NCBI GenBank assembly: GCA_963663225.1
Contig: OY760142.1
Location: 640,001-704,000, forward strand
Length of the DNA stretch: 64,000 nucleotides
Direction: 5' to 3'
Origin: Nitrospirota bacterium
Lineage (GTDB): Bacteria; Nitrospirota; UBA9217
Positions 62,244-64,000 of this stretch are shown in pieces (position 1 is the first letter of the stretch; every line of letters begins with the position of its first letter). Below the pieces are notes generated by a model. That model did no database searches. It saw nothing but the letters and a program-made list of their open reading frames with translations, and was not told where the DNA came from. Made by a program: the position numbers and the translations under genes.

Positions 62244-63590
62244 TTACGGGGTGCTCTTGTTCTCTTTTTCTTTTCTGTACGATTCTGCCAGCAGGGAAAT
62301 ATAATGAGTTACCTTCTGGTTTTTCCCGTAGCGGTGTGAAAAGTCAAGTAATTGCATGGCGCACCCGGGGCAGCCCGTTGTGATGGTATCTGCTCCGGTG
62401 CTGTTGATGTCCTGTATTTTCTTTTTACCGATTTCCGCTCCGGTTTCGTAGTGGGTCAAGATGTACGTTCCGCCCATTCCGCAGCATGCGTCGGGTTTTG
62501 ACATCTCTTTGAGGGTGACACCGGGAATGCTTTTGATGATCTCGCGCGGTTCGTTGAAGACTTTCATGGTTTTTTTCAGATGGCAGGAGTCGTGGTAGGT
62601 CACCACGGCATCTATCATCCCCTTGGGTTTGCGGTATTTGACCACGTTGATGAGAAACACCGATATTTCGTAAACGCGTTTGCTCCAGTATTCCGCCTTG
62701 GGACCATAAACAGGGTCCCCGCTCAAAAGTTCCTTGTAGTCATGCTGCCAGCACCCCCCGCAGGAACCGCAGCCGACGATCATGTAGTCAGCGCCTGTCT
62801 CTTCCATGGCGTCGATGTTATTTCTGGCGAGAACGCGCGCTGATTCAACATCGCCATGGGCGAATACGGCAACGCCGCAGCAGTTTTGCTTTTTGGGAAT
62901 GTGCGTTTCTACATTGTTTTCTTTCAGTATATCGACAATATCCACACCGTTTTCGGGATAAAAGTAGTTGATGGAACAGCCCGTGAAAAACGCCGCCTTG
63001 ATTTTCGGGTTTGCCGTCTTAACAACTTCTGACATGCGCTCACGGAACGGAAGGGATGTCAATTCGGGCATTACTTTGTCTGAATCGAGACCCAGGCTCC
63101 CACCGACCATCGCAAAAGGCGCTCGCGGTGACACCAGTTTCTGGTCTTTCATATTATAATCGCGGAACGCTATTCCCGATAAGGCTGCTCCGACCTTCAT
63201 TCCGGCATCGAACAATTTGGGGTTCTTGAGCATGCTGAAAATCATCTTCTTGACCCAGAACACTCCTTTTTTTCTTACCAGAGCCGCTCTCATCGCCAGC
63301 ATGATCTTGTCGAAATTGACCTTTGTCGGACAGTTTTGCATGCACGACTTGCACACGAGGCAATTGAAAAGCATCTTGTAGACTTTCGGATCGTCCACCG
63401 AAAGCTCACCGGAAAGTACCGCCTCGGAAACCGCCACTTTTCCGCGTGCGACCCCCGCCTCCACCTTGTCCGTTCCATAAATGGGGCAGACCGCCATGCA
63501 ATTGCCGCACTTCATGCATCTGTCTACTTCCTTTTTTATAAGTTCCATTTCATCATACACGGTTTTATCCGGTTCCACAGTCTGCACCAT
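62244..63590 (-). CDS. GlcF-like Fe-S protein (2x[4Fe-4S] plus two CCG domains)
   Basis: CMKCGNCMAVCP, CLVCKSCMQNCP, QNCCG, YHDSCHL, CCGMGG and CPGC. Confidence 0.88.
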   Translation of the reverse strand: MVQTVEPDKTVYDEMELIKKEVDRCMKCGNCMAVCPIYGTDKVEAGVARGKVAVSEAVLSGELSVDDPKVYKMLFNCLVCKSCMQNCPTKVNFDKIMLAMRAALVRKKGVFWVKKMIFSMLKNPKLFDAGMKVGAALSGIAFRDYNMKDQKLVSPRAPFAMVGGSLGLDSDKVMPELTSLPFRERMSEVVKTANPKIKAAFFTGCSINYFYPENGVDIVDILKENNVETHIPKKQNCCGVAVFAHGDVESARVLARNNIDAMEETGADYMIVGCGSCGGCWQHDYKELLSGDPVYGPKAEYWSKRVYEISVFLINVVKYRKPKGMIDAVVTYHDSCHLKKTMKVFNEPREIIKSIPGVTLKEMSKPDACCGMGGTYILTHYETGAEIGKKKIQDINSTGADTITTGCPGCAMQLLDFSHRYGKNQKVTHYISLLAESYRKEKENKSTP

Positions 63591-64000
63591 CAGCGCACCT
63601 CTTTAACGGGAACCATCTTCCCGGGGTTGATAATGTAATTGGGATCAAGGGCTTCCTTGACGCTTTTCAGGAGGTTGAGGCCGTTCTGGCCGATTTCATC
63701 GCCGAGATACTTCATCTTTGCGATTCCGATGCCGTGCTCGCCGGAAAGGGTGCCGCCAAAACTGAGTGCTGAAGCGAATATCTCATCAACTGCCTTGTGG
63801 ACGCGCGCCATTTCTTCTTTGTTGTTTTTGTCCGCAAGAATGGTCGGATGCAGGTTGCCGTCTCCGGCGTGGCCGAAGGTTCCGATGGTGACATTGTATT
63901 TTTTCCCGATGTTGGCACAGGCGGTGAGCATGTCCGTGATCCTGGACCGGGGGACCGTCGCATCTTCTATGATCACGCAATTTCCCAATTGCGCGAGGGC
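63590..64000 (-). CDS. GlcD/D-lactate dehydrogenase-like FAD-linked oxidase (C-terminal part; 5' end outside window)
   Basis: EDATVP, GHAGDGNLHP, SGEHGIG and DP..IINPGK. Confidence 0.9.
   Translation of the reverse strand, partial: ALAQLGNCVIIEDATVPRSRITDMLTACANIGKKYNVTIGTFGHAGDGNLHPTILADKNNKEEMARVHKAVDEIFASALSFGGTLSGEHGIGIAKMKYLGDEIGQNGLNLLKSVKEALDPNYIINPGKMVPVKEVR

Overview
This 64-kb window is bacterial chromosomal DNA, mostly housekeeping. Gene content and protein style suggest an anaerobic diderm of the Nitrospirota/Desulfobacterota type (inference). From left to right it holds a partial TolC gene, a DUF1848 gene, an amidase with a FadR-type regulator, a PilZ protein, mltA, an FMN riboswitch with ribB, and menG/ubiE. 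A nitrogen-control island follows (ntrBC, sigma54-driven glnK-amtB and porin-amtB-PII), interrupted by perR-sod-rubrerythrin. Next is a sulfur/selenium-flavoured cluster, then uvrB, two tandem CysL-like LysR regulators, pepA, a hybrid histidine kinase, an orphan E1 alpha/beta pair, apt, a two-subunit fumarase, a CNNM protein and a GspE/PilB ATPase. The right end has the uppS-cdsA-dxr-rseP-ispG-proS cluster, a GH57 enzyme, an NtrX-like regulator, fsa/tal, purH and glcDF-like genes. I saw no tRNA, rRNA, CRISPR array or transposase. The standout signal is a split YeeE/YedE (thiosulfate-transporter family) gene. Its conserved Cys codon is an in-frame UGA followed by a SECIS-like hairpin, which points to a probable selenocysteine-containing membrane transporter subunit that the ORF track truncates. 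It lies in an operon with an exported OB-fold-like protein and a 33-aa CxxCH mini-ORF resembling the C-terminus of octaheme tetrathionate reductases. Several genes also appear to be transcribed as leaderless mRNAs.
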